Assembly: GCA_965221905.1 (NCBI GenBank)
Contig: OZ244922.1
Location: 896,001-960,000, forward strand
Origin: Chloroflexota bacterium
Lineage (GTDB): Bacteria; Chloroflexota; UBA11872; VXOZ01
Direction of reading: 5' to 3'
Length of the DNA: 64,000 nt
The translations under genes and the position numbers were made by a program. The first letter of the stretch is position 1. The number at the start of each line of letters is the position of its first letter. Below are positions 36,719 to 49,041 of this stretch, piece after piece. The notes under the pieces were generated by a model that was not told the origin of the DNA, did not search any database, and saw only the letters and a program-made list of their open reading frames with translations.

Positions 36719-37888
36719 TTACATGGTAGGCCCGATCCTGTGGGGAGCGAATTCCCGATGTCCCAGGATTTCAGTAGCCGTAAGCAGCCCGTTGACGGTG
36801 TCGAGAGTAAGGTCGAACAGATGCTCGCCAAGCTCGCGGATGGTGGCGTTGCCTTCTAGCACCGGTACGCCGGAAAAGTCGATGTTGTCCTGCATACGCT
36901 CCACAGTCTGCGGATTGGCGCACACTTTGATGACCGGCGCGATCGGATTGCCCAGGGGCGAGCCCCGCCCGGTGGTGAAAATGCAGACCTGAGCGCCGCC
37001 GGCCATCATGCCGGTCACCGATTCCGAGTCAAAACCCGGCGTGTCCATCACCACCAGTCCTTTCTTGCTGGGGGCGTCGGCATAGCCGATCACCTCTTCC
37101 AGGACGGTAGTGCCGCCTTTGTAGATGCAGCCCAGGGACTTCTCTTCGATGGTCGTCAGCCCGCCTTGTATGTTGCCCGGGGCTGGATTAGCCCCCCGAA
37201 TCGAGACGCCCATCTTGAGCGCGTCGTTTTCCGCTTTGCGCACCACGGCGATGAGCTGCTCGCCAATTTCCGGTACGCGCGCCCTCTGGGCAAAGATGTG
37301 TTCGGCGCCGATGAACTCCGCGGCCTCGCTAATTATCACTGTGCCGCCGGCTTCCACCAGCATATCGGAGACCACGCCGGTAATGGGATTACTGGACAAC
37401 CCGCTGGTAGTGTCGGAGCCCCCGCATTCAGTCGCCAGGACGAGCTCTGAGAGTGGGAATTCCTCCCGCTGCATAGAAGAGAGCTTGGCTGAGAGTTTTT
37501 GCGCCATCTGCGCGCCTTGTTGGATGGTTTTGATGGAGCCGCCGGCCTCTTGTATCACGATGAGCTCCACCGGCTTGCCAGTCTTGGCGATACCCTCGGC
37601 AATCAGGGGTGCTTCCGCCGTCTCGCAGCCAAGCCCGACCACGATGACACCCCCGACGTTCGGATTGCTGCCGGTTCCTACCATCGTACGCACGAAAAGG
37701 TCTGCATCCGCTCCCAGTTGACCGCATCCATATTGATGTGTCGTGGTAACCGCGCCGGGCACGAGTTCCGTAATGCGCTGGCCCACGGTAGCCGAACAAA
37801 TCACCGAGGGCAGGATCGCCAGGTGATTGCGCACTCCCACACGACCGTCGGGTCGGCGGTAGCCTTGAAATGACTCTGCACGTGCCAC
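36719..37888 (-). CDS. UxaA/GarD/SuyB-family dehydratase large subunit
   Basis: FQGYRRPDGRVGVRN, PSVIC, HQYGC, VGLGCE, ECGGSDTTSG, NPAPGNIQGGLTTIEEKSLG, FTTGRG. Confidence 0.9.
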   Translation of the reverse strand: MARAESFQGYRRPDGRVGVRNHLAILPSVICSATVGQRITELVPGAVTTTHQYGCGQLGADADLFVRTMVGTGSNPNVGGVIVVGLGCETAEAPLIAEGIAKTGKPVELIVIQEAGGSIKTIQQGAQMAQKLSAKLSSMQREEFPLSELVLATECGGSDTTSGLSSNPITGVVSDMLVEAGGTVIISEAAEFIGAEHIFAQRARVPEIGEQLIAVVRKAENDALKMGVSIRGANPAPGNIQGGLTTIEEKSLGCIYKGGTTVLEEVIGYADAPSKKGLVVMDTPGFDSESVTGMMAGGAQVCIFTTGRGSPLGNPIAPVIKVCANPQTVERMQDNIDFSGVPVLEGNATIRELGEHLFDLTLDTVNGLLTATEILGHREFAPHRIGPTM

Positions 37889-38349
37889 GGTGTTTACCCC
37901 CTCTTCCGGCCTCGTTTGGTATCAAATACAGTCAATCTCACTTTACTTTCCCTCGTATTGTACTCTTCTTGTCGATTCAGTGTTGTCGCACGCCGGGCAC
38001 CTGCATGGTAGAGAAAAAACTGCCTCGCCCATGTGGCGAAAGTTGCTGCAATCACGGGACAAGTGCACGATAAGACCGTGTGTCCGCGACGGCAATCAAG
38101 CTGAAATAGTGTGATGGTCCAAGAGGAGCATTCTTGCAGGGATACGCTGCTATTAAGCGAAAACACGGCCATTTCTCGCACAATAGGGATGTAATTTGAC
38201 ATTAAAGTGCATGTAGCGTACGGTGAATCACTGTGCTATTGCACACTTTTGCTTGACAGCCCGCACGAAGTAAACTGAGACTCGGCAAGAGCGAGTGTAG
38301 TTTGCCGGGTATGTAAAATCATAGTTTGTTGAACGAGGAGACTGCATAG

Positions 38350-39972
<1,623 letters not shown>

Positions 39973-40000
39973 TCGCTAGCTATAGACAATGACAGCTTTG

Positions 40001-40032
40001 GCCCCTCCACGCTGGAGGGGCTTGCTTTTTCT
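40001..40032 (+). terminator. rho-independent terminator after groEL
   Basis: GCCCCTCCA-CGC-TGGAGGGGC stem followed by TTGCTTTTTCT. Confidence 0.7.
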
Positions 40033-40299
40033 GTCTGCGCCGCTTCTCGGACTTTCGTCCGCCGACCCCGAGCCTCTCGCGGGCGGGACCCACGTACGCG
40101 TGCGCACTTGGCTGCGGCCTTGCAATTCGCCTGCACTAGCGAATGGCAGCCTTCCCGTAACGCAAAGGCTTCGACGGTACTTGAGGCGAGATCAAGGGAT
40201 AACGGTTTTGAACCTAGCAAAAACCAGAGCGTGTTCGGTAAGAACTGGTGATACTATGTAGTTAAAGGCTGTAAGTGCCGCTACAAAGGAGTGGAAGTC

Positions 40300-40917
40300 A
40301 TGAATAAGCGGGCATTGCTGATTGCTATTGGCTTGATCGTCGTCGTGGTCGGTGGAGCGGCGGGTTGGTGGCTTGGGTCGCCCTTGTTCATCAACACGGT
40401 CGTCGAGGAGGAGCTGCCGTTCGAGATTCCGACTGCGGAAGAAATGGACAAGATGTCCGAAGACGAGCGCGAGAAGGTGGCCGCGGATGTAATGGATGCG
40501 GCAGCGAAGATGCCGGACAAAGAGATGGAAGAAGAGATGCCGGAGCAGGCGGAAGACGCGCAACCGGCGGTGGTAGCACAGGGCCAGTTCCGCGATGCGG
40601 ACGAATTCCATAAAGGCGCCGGCACGGTAACGCTCTACCGCTTGGCGGACGGCACGCACCTCCTGCGGTTTGAAGACTTCCGCGTTACCAACGGTCCGCA
40701 GCTTCACGTGTTGCTGGTGAACCATGCTGATCCTGCCAGCCGCGCCGACATTGAGGAGGGGTACGTCGATCTGGGGTCGATAAAAGGAAACGTGGGCAGC
40801 CAGAACTACGAGATTGCGGCTGACACCGCCATAGACTCCGTGAATAGCATCGTAATCTACTGCAAGCCCTTCCACGTCGTCTTTGCCACGGCACCGCTCA
40901 GCAGCGATGGGAATTAG
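40300..40917 (+). CDS. DM13-domain membrane-anchored protein
   Basis: N-terminal TM, SPLF, Met/Glu-rich linker, GQF...HKGAG, LRFEDFRVTNGPQLHVLL, DLGSIKGNVGSQNYEI, IYCKPFHVVFATA. Confidence 0.88.
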   Translation: MNKRALLIAIGLIVVVVGGAAGWWLGSPLFINTVVEEELPFEIPTAEEMDKMSEDEREKVAADVMDAAAKMPDKEMEEEMPEQAEDAQPAVVAQGQFRDADEFHKGAGTVTLYRLADGTHLLRFEDFRVTNGPQLHVLLVNHADPASRADIEEGYVDLGSIKGNVGSQNYEIAADTAIDSVNSIVIYCKPFHVVFATAPLSSDGN

Positions 40918-41104
40918 GATGGTTTGACGCTCAATAGCATTCCTGTAGTTTCCTCGAATTGCGCTGACAGATTGGTCACCGAGGAGGCAACGCGACGAAG
41001 GCCGATACAGGGGCATTGAAGCGCGACTCTAAATGTGGCCGGAGGCCGATTGGGGTCACTTAGCGGAAACTAGGCAGAGCGATCGGTTGATCTCTTGCAA
41101 AAGA

Positions 41105-41132
41105 GTAGGGGCACGGCATGCCGCGCCCCTAC
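41105..41132. repeat. GTAG-type REP hairpin
   Basis: GTAGGGGCACGGCATGCCGCGCCCCTAC, near-perfect palindrome. Confidence 0.7.
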
Positions 41133-41274
41133 GTCCTTCGTTGCTATTGCGGGATAGCTCTCGCGCCAGGCGCGTAGTGCCTTGCGGCTTCCCGTTGCAT
41201 TGAGCGCAGGAGTTTACAGAGCAGGCATTGCAAACAGTGCCGGAGCGTGGGTAGGAATTCCAATCCGCGCCGAT

Positions 41275-41301
41275 GGGGCGCAGGTTGCAAACCTGCGCTA
41301 C
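41275..41301. repeat. GTAG-type REP, family C
   Basis: GGGGCGCAGGTTGCAAACCTGCGCTAC; its reverse complement matches GTAGCGCAGGTTTGAAACCTGCG at 62274-62296. Confidence 0.7.
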
Positions 41302-41436
41302 CGGAGTTTGGGCAATCGGAGCCGGGGACGGCGCTGAGGGCCGGAACGGGCAACGCTTCCATTAGACCGACGGCATCTATTGGCAGAGACTCTCCGGCCA
41401 GCTACCGATTGCGCCCAGGCAGTACCAAGCTCCCGC

Positions 41437-42372
41437 TTACGCCGGATCGAGCGCCTGCGATTTCGCGGGGTCGCTAGCAGTCTGCGGCTGTTCGGCGTGG
41501 CGTTCCAACGGCCAGAAGAAGAGCGCCGTAGCCGAAGCCATGATCAAGGCTGCGGTAAGAACGTGCGCCACCCGCAGCGCGTCGGGCAGGCCCATCAATA
41601 CCTGCGCAAAGCCCAGCGTGATTTGCACCGCCAAGAGCGCGATTACGAGGACGCCGATCATTCTTGCATTGCTCTGGTCCAGGCGTATACGCCAGCCCGC
41701 CAGTAAAGCCAACGTAACGGCAAATACGTATGCAGAGTAGCGGTGGCCCATGTGCACCTCTTCGAGGATACGGGGCGAGCCGCCGCCGCCGTCGCAACTC
41801 AGGATGCCGTGGCAAGCAATGCCTGCCGCCATGCCGACCACAAACGCGCCGGAAACCACGACGAGAAGCCCGGCGGAGAGGGCGGCAATTCCGCGCCACT
41901 TGGGGAATGCACTGACGCTGAGCGAGTTGTTCTGCACCTGCACCGCGCCCAATACGGTCGCGGAGATGAAGAGCATGGAAATCGTAAGGTGGGAACCTAC
42001 GAGCAGGGCCGGTAATTCCGTAAGTACCGTCACCGCTCCGAGGACTATCTGCGCCACGAGCAGACAAGTGATCACAAGCACGGTGGGGCGTACTTGGCGC
42101 ATGCGGCCTTGGCCGAACCACGCCTTGACCAGCACCCAGATCACGCCGACGGTCAGGAGCAACGCCAACAAGCGATGAACAAACTCAATGACCGCCGCTG
42201 TTTCGAAGGGCGGAATCACCTGACCTGAACAGAGCGGCCAATCGGGACATCCCAGTCCCGAGCCCGTCGCCCGTACCACCGCTCCCCATAGAATGTGTAT
42301 GAGGGCCAGCGAAACGACACCCCACATTACCAGCTTTGCTTGATTGTCACTACGCTTCAATGCCTTCGTCAT
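41437..42372 (-). CDS. ctaA: heme A synthase (COX15/CtaA)
   Basis: GAVVRATGSGLGCPDWPLC, IEFVHR, QIVLGAVTV, conserved His in GSHL, MGHR and VAHV, about 8 TM segments. Confidence 0.88.
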   Translation of the reverse strand: MTKALKRSDNQAKLVMWGVVSLALIHILWGAVVRATGSGLGCPDWPLCSGQVIPPFETAAVIEFVHRLLALLLTVGVIWVLVKAWFGQGRMRQVRPTVLVITCLLVAQIVLGAVTVLTELPALLVGSHLTISMLFISATVLGAVQVQNNSLSVSAFPKWRGIAALSAGLLVVVSGAFVVGMAAGIACHGILSCDGGGGSPRILEEVHMGHRYSAYVFAVTLALLAGWRIRLDQSNARMIGVLVIALLAVQITLGFAQVLMGLPDALRVAHVLTAALIMASATALFFWPLERHAEQPQTASDPAKSQALDPA

Positions 42373-42628
42373 GCTTCTCTCCTTCTGCGTAACATCTCAA
42401 ATTCAGTATATCATTGCGCTCGCAATTGAGGCATCAGCGCAAGACGTCATTGAGTTGCCAGGCAGGTACATCCATGTCATTATCTTTGACAGAGCCGCCG
42501 CCCGAGGGTAGAGAGAAAGGTGGAGGCGCACGACATTCTGTTGGTCGTGATCAGTGTGTGAGGGTCGTGCGCGCAAGCTTGTCCCGGTAGTTTATGGGAA
42601 TGGGCCTACAACTTAAGGAGCATTAACT

Positions 42629-43651
42629 ATGCCGGAAAGTATCAAGGTCGTCGCACTTGAATCAGCGCACACCCACATTAACAGCCTGATCAGGCAGACG
42701 CAGGAGTTGGCAGGCGCCGAGTTTGTCGGCTTTGCCGATCCGAAGCCGGAACACCGCGCCCAGACCCAAGAGCGCAGTGGACTCGGCGACGATATGGTTT
42801 TTGCCGACTATGAAAGGCTCCTTGACGAACGCCAACCGGATGCCGCGATCATATGTTCCACGAATGCCGATCACGTGAAGTACGTGGAAGCGCTGGCGCC
42901 GCGGGGCATTCACATCATGCTGGAGAAGCCGTTTGCCGCCAGCCTCTCAGATGCCGACCGCATGATTGCGGCGTGCGAGAAGCACGACGTGACCTTGATG
43001 GTCAATTGGCCGACCGCTTGGGGTCCGGCATTGCGGCGGGCGCGCGAAATCACTCAATCGGGCGTGCTCGGGCAAGTCTTTCAGATTGCCTTCCGGGGCG
43101 GACACATGGGGCCCACCGCCGATTTCGATAGTTGGTGGTACCGTCCGCAGGATGGCGGCGGTGTGCTGCTGGACTACTGCTGCTACGCGGCTAACGTCTT
43201 TACGTGGATTCTCGGCAAGGTGCCGCGCCAGGTCTGCGGCATGGCCGATACACTGGTGAAGCCGGTCAAGTCTGAGGACAACGCGGTGCTCCTCCTGCGC
43301 TATGACGACGCGCTCTGCGTCAGCCAGGCCACCTGGACCCGATTCGGACCGGAACCGATTCACGGACCTGTCATCAATGGCACAGCCGGCAGCGTGACCG
43401 TGATCGGCAGAAACCAAGTCAAGCACTGCACGCAGGAGAACCCGGTCGGCGACATCATTGATGTACCCGATTTGCCGGAACCCCACATGCAGAGCGGGCC
43501 GGCGTATTTCGTCCACGCTCTACTGAACGGCACACCAATCGAGTCGCCGTGCGACGCGGCGTTCAACCGGGATGGACAAGAAATTCTGGAGGCGGGCAAG
43601 ATTGCGGTGCAGACCGGCGTTACGGTGAATCTGCCTATTTTGCGGGCCTAG
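42629..43651 (+). CDS. Gfo/Idh/MocA-family NAD(P) oxidoreductase
   Basis: ICSTNADH, HIMLEKPFA, GGGVLLDYCCY, SEDNA. AAGGAG RBS. Confidence 0.9.
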   Translation: MPESIKVVALESAHTHINSLIRQTQELAGAEFVGFADPKPEHRAQTQERSGLGDDMVFADYERLLDERQPDAAIICSTNADHVKYVEALAPRGIHIMLEKPFAASLSDADRMIAACEKHDVTLMVNWPTAWGPALRRAREITQSGVLGQVFQIAFRGGHMGPTADFDSWWYRPQDGGGVLLDYCCYAANVFTWILGKVPRQVCGMADTLVKPVKSEDNAVLLLRYDDALCVSQATWTRFGPEPIHGPVINGTAGSVTVIGRNQVKHCTQENPVGDIIDVPDLPEPHMQSGPAYFVHALLNGTPIESPCDAAFNRDGQEILEAGKIAVQTGVTVNLPILRA

Positions 43652-43881
43652 AGTCCCAACATAAATCTTGCTATTGGATGAAAGAGAGGGAATGCCATGC
43701 ATTCCCTCTCTTCATGTTTGAAGACGAATTTTCTAAGGAGCCGACGAAAGAAACTGCGATTGCACCTTGGCTGCAAAGAAGGTCTGTTAGCCCAAGACCC
43801 GTCTAGATTTCAGCGCAATTCGTTCTACGCATGTCCAGGTTCGACGCGATGGAATTGGAGGAGTCTCAGAGGGCCTGCACG

Positions 43882-43959
43882 CCGTTCGTGCTGAGCACAT
43901 TGAAAAGCTCAGCACAGGCTGTCGAAGTGCTCAGCACAGGCTTGTGGAAGCATGAACGG
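43882..43959. repeat. CCGTTC...GAACGG palindromic repeat with nested internal duplications, family D
   Basis: CCGTTCGTGCTGAGC...GCTCAGCACAGGCT (x2)...GAAGCATGAACGG. Related element at 59323-59378. Confidence 0.6.
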
Positions 43960-43997
43960 ACCATCGATGTGCATTTGCTACGCATCTTGCCCATCCA

Positions 43998-44018
43998 TAT
44001 ACCCCCCAGTGGTATAAT
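43998..44018 (+). promoter_or_regulatory. CsoR-like copper operator overlapping an extended -10
   Basis: TATACC-CCCCAGT-GGTATA pseudo-palindrome with a C-tract, overlapping TGgTATAAT, about 130 bp upstream of copA. Confidence 0.65.
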
Positions 44019-44146
44019 TGTAGGTGAGCATAGTTGCTCGCTGCGTGGGTCGCTGGTGCGCTAAAAGTCACAGCCGGCGGTAAGAGACGAGACATAATGA
44101 GAAGGCTGCGAGTGGGAAGCGCCCGCAGCACTTAGAGAATTGAACC

Positions 44147-46678
44147 GTGGCAGTTACTGAGCATACGCAAGAAGAACAATCGATCTCACTGGTTGTGCAG
44201 GGCATGACCTGTGCGGCATGCGTTTGGCGGATCGAGGAAGCCGTTACCCGAATTCCGGGCGTGCGCGAGGCAGCCGTAAACCTGGCGACGGAGCGGGCGC
44301 GGGTTACCTATGACCCGGCTGTGGTTACGCCCGCCCACATCGCCCATGCCGTGACGGATGCAGGTTATGCCCCTGCGGTCGTGAAGCGCACGCTGCGCGT
44401 GGGCGGCATGCAGGACGCCTCGGCGGTCAGCCGCGTAGAAGCAGCCCTCAGGGCCGTGCCGGGAGTCCTGCGAGCGGACCTGAACCTGGCGGCGGAGAAC
44501 GCGTTCATCGCCTATCTCCCCGACGTTACGGACGTGGCGGCATTGAAAAGTAGCGTTGCGGAGGCGGGATATACGCTGGAAGCCGCGGGGCATGAGCCGG
44601 AAACCGCCCACGGCGCGTCTATGCAGGCAGCCGGCAGCGCCGAGCAGCGCGCCATGAAGGTGCGCTTGGGCATCTCTCTGGCGCTCTCGTTCTTGGTCCT
44701 GCTTGGCAGCATGGGCAGTGTGCTTTTCCCCTCTCTGCGCGGCTGGTGGGGCGAAAACCCCTATCTGCTCTGGGCGCTGGCGACACCGGTGCAGTTTTGG
44801 GTGGGCTGGCGATTCTACCGGGGGGCATGGGCAACACTGAGGCACCTCACTTTTGACATGAACGCCCTCATCGTCATGGGCACCAGCGCAGCTTATTTCT
44901 ATAGCGTAGCGGCCGTGTTGGCGCCGGGGTTCTTTATCAGTCAAGCAGTGGATGGCGAAACGCCGCTGTACTTCGACACTGCGGCAGTCATCATTACGTT
45001 GATTCTCCTTGGGCGCTATCTCGAGGCGCGCGCGAAACGGCAAACCGCCGCAGCAATCCACGCATTGATGGACTTCCAACCGCAAATGGCGCGCATTGTC
45101 CGTGAAGGCACACCCCACGAGGTGCCGGTCGCCACGCTAGCCGTGGGCGACGTTGTCCAGGTGCGACCGGGCGAACGGGTGCCCGTGGATGGTCTTGTCT
45201 TGGAGGGGCAGAGCGCGGTTGATGAATCGATGCTTACCGGCGAGAGCATGCCCGTAGAGAAGACGCCAGGAGATGAAGTCGTCGGCGGAACGCTGAATAC
45301 GATAGGCTCCTTCACGTTCCGCGCCACGAGGATAGGAAAGGACACGGCGCTCGCACGCATCGTGCGCTTGATCGAAGAGGCCCAAGGTTCCAAAGCGCCG
45401 CTGCAGCGACTGGCGGATCGTATTGCCGCCCGCTTTGTACCCGCGGTGATCACGGTTGCGCTGGTGACGTTTTTCGCGTGGTATCTTCTGGGGCCGGAGC
45501 CGGCGCTTACGCGGGCGCTGCTGGCTTTCGTGGCGGTGCTGATAATTGCGTGCCCCTGTGCATTGGGACTGGCGACCCCGACGGCAGTCATGGTCGCGAT
45601 GGGCGCCGGCGCGGCAAAGGGCGTGCTGGTGCGCGACGAGGAAGCCCTCGAGCGCCTGCACAACGTGACGACGGTTGTGCTGGACAAGACGGGCACGCTC
45701 ACCCAAGGCAAGCCTGAGGTTACGGACGTTATCGCAGTTGATCGGATGGACTCCGGCGTGCGCCGGAACGACGAACCGGGAGACAGCAACCCTCAAAGCA
45801 ATGACAGCGAATCCGCAGCCGAAATGCTGTGGCTTGCCGCCGCAGCGGAGCAGGCAAGCGAGCACCCGTTGAGTCAGGCGGTGGTGCGCGCGGCACATGC
45901 CAGGTCACTCACATTGCCGCCGGCCAAGGAATTCATCGCCGCGCCGGGACGCGGTATCCGGGCAGAGGTGACAGGCAAGTTGATTCGCGTGGGCAACCAA
46001 GCCTACATGGAAGAGAGCAGCGTTGACTTAGGTGAGAATGCGGCGCGTGCCCGGTCGTTCCACGCAGAAGGCAAGACCGCCCTATTCGTAGCCGTGGATG
46101 GAATTGTGGCGGGTGTGATCGCGGTAGCCGATACGCTCAAACCAAGTGCCGCGCCCACAGTGCAGGCCCTCCGCGATAGAGGACTCACGGTGATGATGCT
46201 CACGGGTGATGCGGCGCGGACCGCGCAGGCGATTGCCGGGCAGCTTGCTATCGAGCACGTCTCGGCGGAAGTCTTGCCCGGACAAAAGGCGGCGGCAATC
46301 GAAGCGCGTCAGGCAGCAGGAGAAGTCGTCGCCATGGTCGGTGACGGCATCAATGATGCGCCGGCGCTCGCCCGCGCGGACGTGGGTATTGCGCTGGGGG
46401 CCGGTGCTGACGTGGCGCTGGAAGCTGCGGACATAACACTCATGGGTGACAGTCTTAGCGGTCTTGAGACGGCCTTTGCGCTTTCCCTGGCCACGCGCCG
46501 CACGATTTGGCAGAACCTCGGCTGGGCGTTTGGCTACAACGTGGTGCTTATTCCAGTAGCTGCGGGCGTGTTGTATCCCTTTATCGGCATCGTGCTAAAT
46601 CCGATGCTGGCGGCAGCGGCAATGGCGTTTTCCTCTGTGTCAGTAGTTATGAACTCCCTCCGTTTGCGTCGGCTGTAA
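44147..46678 (+). CDS. copA: Cu(I)-translocating P1B-1 ATPase
   Basis: [38 protein letters not shown] in TM7, MAFSS in TM8. Confidence 0.94.
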   Translation: MAVTEHTQEEQSISLVVQGMTCAACVWRIEEAVTRIPGVREAAVNLATERARVTYDPAVVTPAHIAHAVTDAGYAPAVVKRTLRVGGMQDASAVSRVEAALRAVPGVLRADLNLAAENAFIAYLPDVTDVAALKSSVAEAGYTLEAAGHEPETAHGASMQAAGSAEQRAMKVRLGISLALSFLVLLGSMGSVLFPSLRGWWGENPYLLWALATPVQFWVGWRFYRGAWATLRHLTFDMNALIVMGTSAAYFYSVAAVLAPGFFISQAVDGETPLYFDTAAVIITLILLGRYLEARAKRQTAAAIHALMDFQPQMARIVREGTPHEVPVATLAVGDVVQVRPGERVPVDGLVLEGQSAVDESMLTGESMPVEKTPGDEVVGGTLNTIGSFTFRATRIGKDTALARIVRLIEEAQGSKAPLQRLADRIAARFVPAVITVALVTFFAWYLLGPEPALTRALLAFVAVLIIACPCALGLATPTAVMVAMGAGAAKGVLVRDEEALERLHNVTTVVLDKTGTLTQGKPEVTDVIAVDRMDSGVRRNDEPGDSNPQSNDSESAAEMLWLAAAAEQASEHPLSQAVVRAAHARSLTLPPAKEFIAAPGRGIRAEVTGKLIRVGNQAYMEESSVDLGENAARARSFHAEGKTALFVAVDGIVAGVIAVADTLKPSAAPTVQALRDRGLTVMMLTGDAARTAQAIAGQLAIEHVSAEVLPGQKAAAIEARQAAGEVVAMVGDGINDAPALARADVGIALGAGADVALEAADITLMGDSLSGLETAFALSLATRRTIWQNLGWAFGYNVVLIPVAAGVLYPFIGIVLNPMLAAAAMAFSSVSVVMNSLRLRRL

Positions 46679-47057
46679 TGCTTCTTTTAGGGTAACTGTG
46701 GGACAAAGGCAAGACGTTGTTCAAATCACTTGATTGCGCTTGAGGATCGTCATTCCAAGCGCGCCATAGCCCCGTGCTTGACACGGGGGAGGAATCTAGA
46801 AAACTAGCAAAGTGCATAGATAGAGAGTTAATGGCCCGTGCATTGTGCGGTGTGGGGGACAAGCCCCGCGCTACAGCTACTGCAAGAACCATGTGTGAAG
46901 CGGCACGGGCTGACGTGCAAGGGTCGAAAGTTTATTAGTCAAGATCCTAATGGAATTCACACGGGAAATTGCGTACGATGGACGAAGTATACGAAGGCTT
47001 ACGCCTTGCCGACGGCAAGACGCCAGGAGCACCCCCACTATCGAAAGGAGCACTATC

Positions 47058-47204
47058 ATGGCTAAATGCGCGACCTGCAATGAGTCGGTTGACCCCGCGA
47101 CTGCCGAACACAAAGTGGAATACCGAGGCACAGTCTACTACTTCTGCTGCCGTCACTGTCTAGCAGCCTTCGAGCAGGGGCCGGAGCGGTACGTGAAGGC
47201 GTAG
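47058..47204 (+). CDS. small YHS/TRASH metal-binding protein
   Basis: AAGGAG RBS; MAKCATCNESVD...EYRGTVYYFCCRHCLAAFEQGPERY, 48 aa. Confidence 0.8.
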   Translation: MAKCATCNESVDPATAEHKVEYRGTVYYFCCRHCLAAFEQGPERYVKA

Positions 47205-47604
47205 CGGCGGGTCTGAACCGCAATCAATTCTGCTACTGGATGCGCCCCTCACGCACCGGCGACTCGCGTAAGGGCATTTGCTCCTATACGCGAATAGGTA
47301 AGGCATTTCTAGAATCTTAGCCTTTTCTTAGGCTGGGATTCCCGCGCGTTTAATCATAGTTTTCCTTTGCATTCCTTCGTACTCCGTTTCCTTGCGTAGC
47401 AAGGAAAGTCTGCATTTCCCCGCGCACGGCACTCTCTTGCTCGTGCCGACTCATGGCGGCGGCGTTTCCCCTCTTAATGCTTGACAGACCGCGCCACTGT
47501 GCAATGATGGATTCAATACCCGGCGCCAGGTGGGGCAAGGGATGTGGGGGATGAAGGCGCCTAAACAGCTTAAGCACTGCACTCTGGGGGAAAGGAGCAG
47601 AGCA

Positions 47605-48936
47605 ATGCTTACACGTCGTTCGTTACTCGCGGGCTCGGCGGTGCTCGCCGCCGGCTGCAGCACGGTGGGGAATCCACTTACTCCGCCGAGCGCGCCGCTG
47701 GATGCTGAGATAAAGGTGGCGGCATTCACGAGATCCATCTATCTCTCAATGCCGTATGGCAATTACGTACCGGGTGACGATAATGAAGTCAGATACGAAC
47801 GGGCCCTGGCAGCACTTGAGGAAGATGAGGATAACGCGTACGGCCCGAAGCGCGGCGGATACTCGCTGGCGCTGCGGTTTGTAGAAGACTTTGCACCGCA
47901 GATCGAGCAGTCGAAAACTGTGGAAGAGGCAGAGGCGTCTCGGGAGGCGAGGCTGGATGCAGTTGCCGAGACGTTGGATTTGCTTGAAGCGGACCTTGTG
48001 ACGGTTTGGCCGGAAGAGGCGCGATGGTGGGGTGAGAACGGACTCTTGCTGCCCTTAGACCGTTTCAGCGGCGCCGGGGAGTCTGAGCTCAATCAGGAAT
48101 TCTTCCCCACCGTGCTCAATCAGTACCGGCGAGACGGTGCGCTCTATGCACTGCCGGTGGACGCAGCACCGCTCATGCTCTTCTACGATCCGCGACACTT
48201 CACAAAGCAAGGCGTGCCGCCGGTGGATGCGACTTGGAATTGGGACGACCTGGTGAGGAGTGCCACCAAACTCACCACTTCCAAGCCGGATGGCAACATG
48301 GCGCGCTGGGGCCTGATCGCACATGGGCAAGGGGTTGCGTGGGCGCTTTGGCAAAATGGGGCGACCTTATTCGATGCAGACACGCAGCAGTGCCGCTTGC
48401 CGGAACCGTCGGCGGTTGAAGCCCTGCAGTTCGTGCACGACCTGCTACACAAGCACCGCGTCTCACCGCTGGCAGAGATGAGGGACTTATGGGACTACCT
48501 TTGGGTAACGCCGCCGGCCATGCTGTACGATTTCTCTCCCATGATTCTCAATCAGAGGAGTAGCTTTCGCATGGCGGCGCTGCCCCGGGGCAAGGTATCC
48601 GCAACGCCGGTGAGAACCCATCTAGGGATCGGCATTGCCGCCCGCACGCAAAGAACGGAGGCGGCATTTGCCGCGCTGAAAGGGTTCAACCTTGCTATGC
48701 AGGAGCACGTGGCAATTCCTGCTGGCAGGGAGGCGGTGGCGCGCTTGGCAGACATCCGCACGGACATTAGCCCGGCGGAAGTTGCAGCAGTGCAGCACTC
48801 TCTGGAACACGGCCGCGAGTGGCCGCAAGACGGCCTGACGCTGCAAATCATGTATGAATTAACGCAGGGCCTCGGGCGCGGCGACGACGTAGCGACCATT
48901 GTCAATCAGGCCTGCTCCCTCGCGCACGAATTCTAG
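47605..48936 (+). CDS. TAT-exported ABC solute-binding lipoprotein (family 1), paralog 1
   Basis: AAGGAG RBS, MLTRRSLL twin-Arg, LAAG|C lipobox, LLPLDRF, GALYALP, WNWDDL, EALQF. Confidence 0.82.
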   Translation: MLTRRSLLAGSAVLAAGCSTVGNPLTPPSAPLDAEIKVAAFTRSIYLSMPYGNYVPGDDNEVRYERALAALEEDEDNAYGPKRGGYSLALRFVEDFAPQIEQSKTVEEAEASREARLDAVAETLDLLEADLVTVWPEEARWWGENGLLLPLDRFSGAGESELNQEFFPTVLNQYRRDGALYALPVDAAPLMLFYDPRHFTKQGVPPVDATWNWDDLVRSATKLTTSKPDGNMARWGLIAHGQGVAWALWQNGATLFDADTQQCRLPEPSAVEALQFVHDLLHKHRVSPLAEMRDLWDYLWVTPPAMLYDFSPMILNQRSSFRMAALPRGKVSATPVRTHLGIGIAARTQRTEAAFAALKGFNLAMQEHVAIPAGREAVARLADIRTDISPAEVAAVQHSLEHGREWPQDGLTLQIMYELTQGLGRGDDVATIVNQACSLAHEF

Positions 48937-49041
48937 CAATCGGGCAAGCTGCCGTTCCCCGGTTACTAAGGTGTGCGTGAGTTAATACAGGGAAATCAGC
49001 GAAATACCTTAGCCGCCGTTAAATTGAATAGGATCAGAGCT

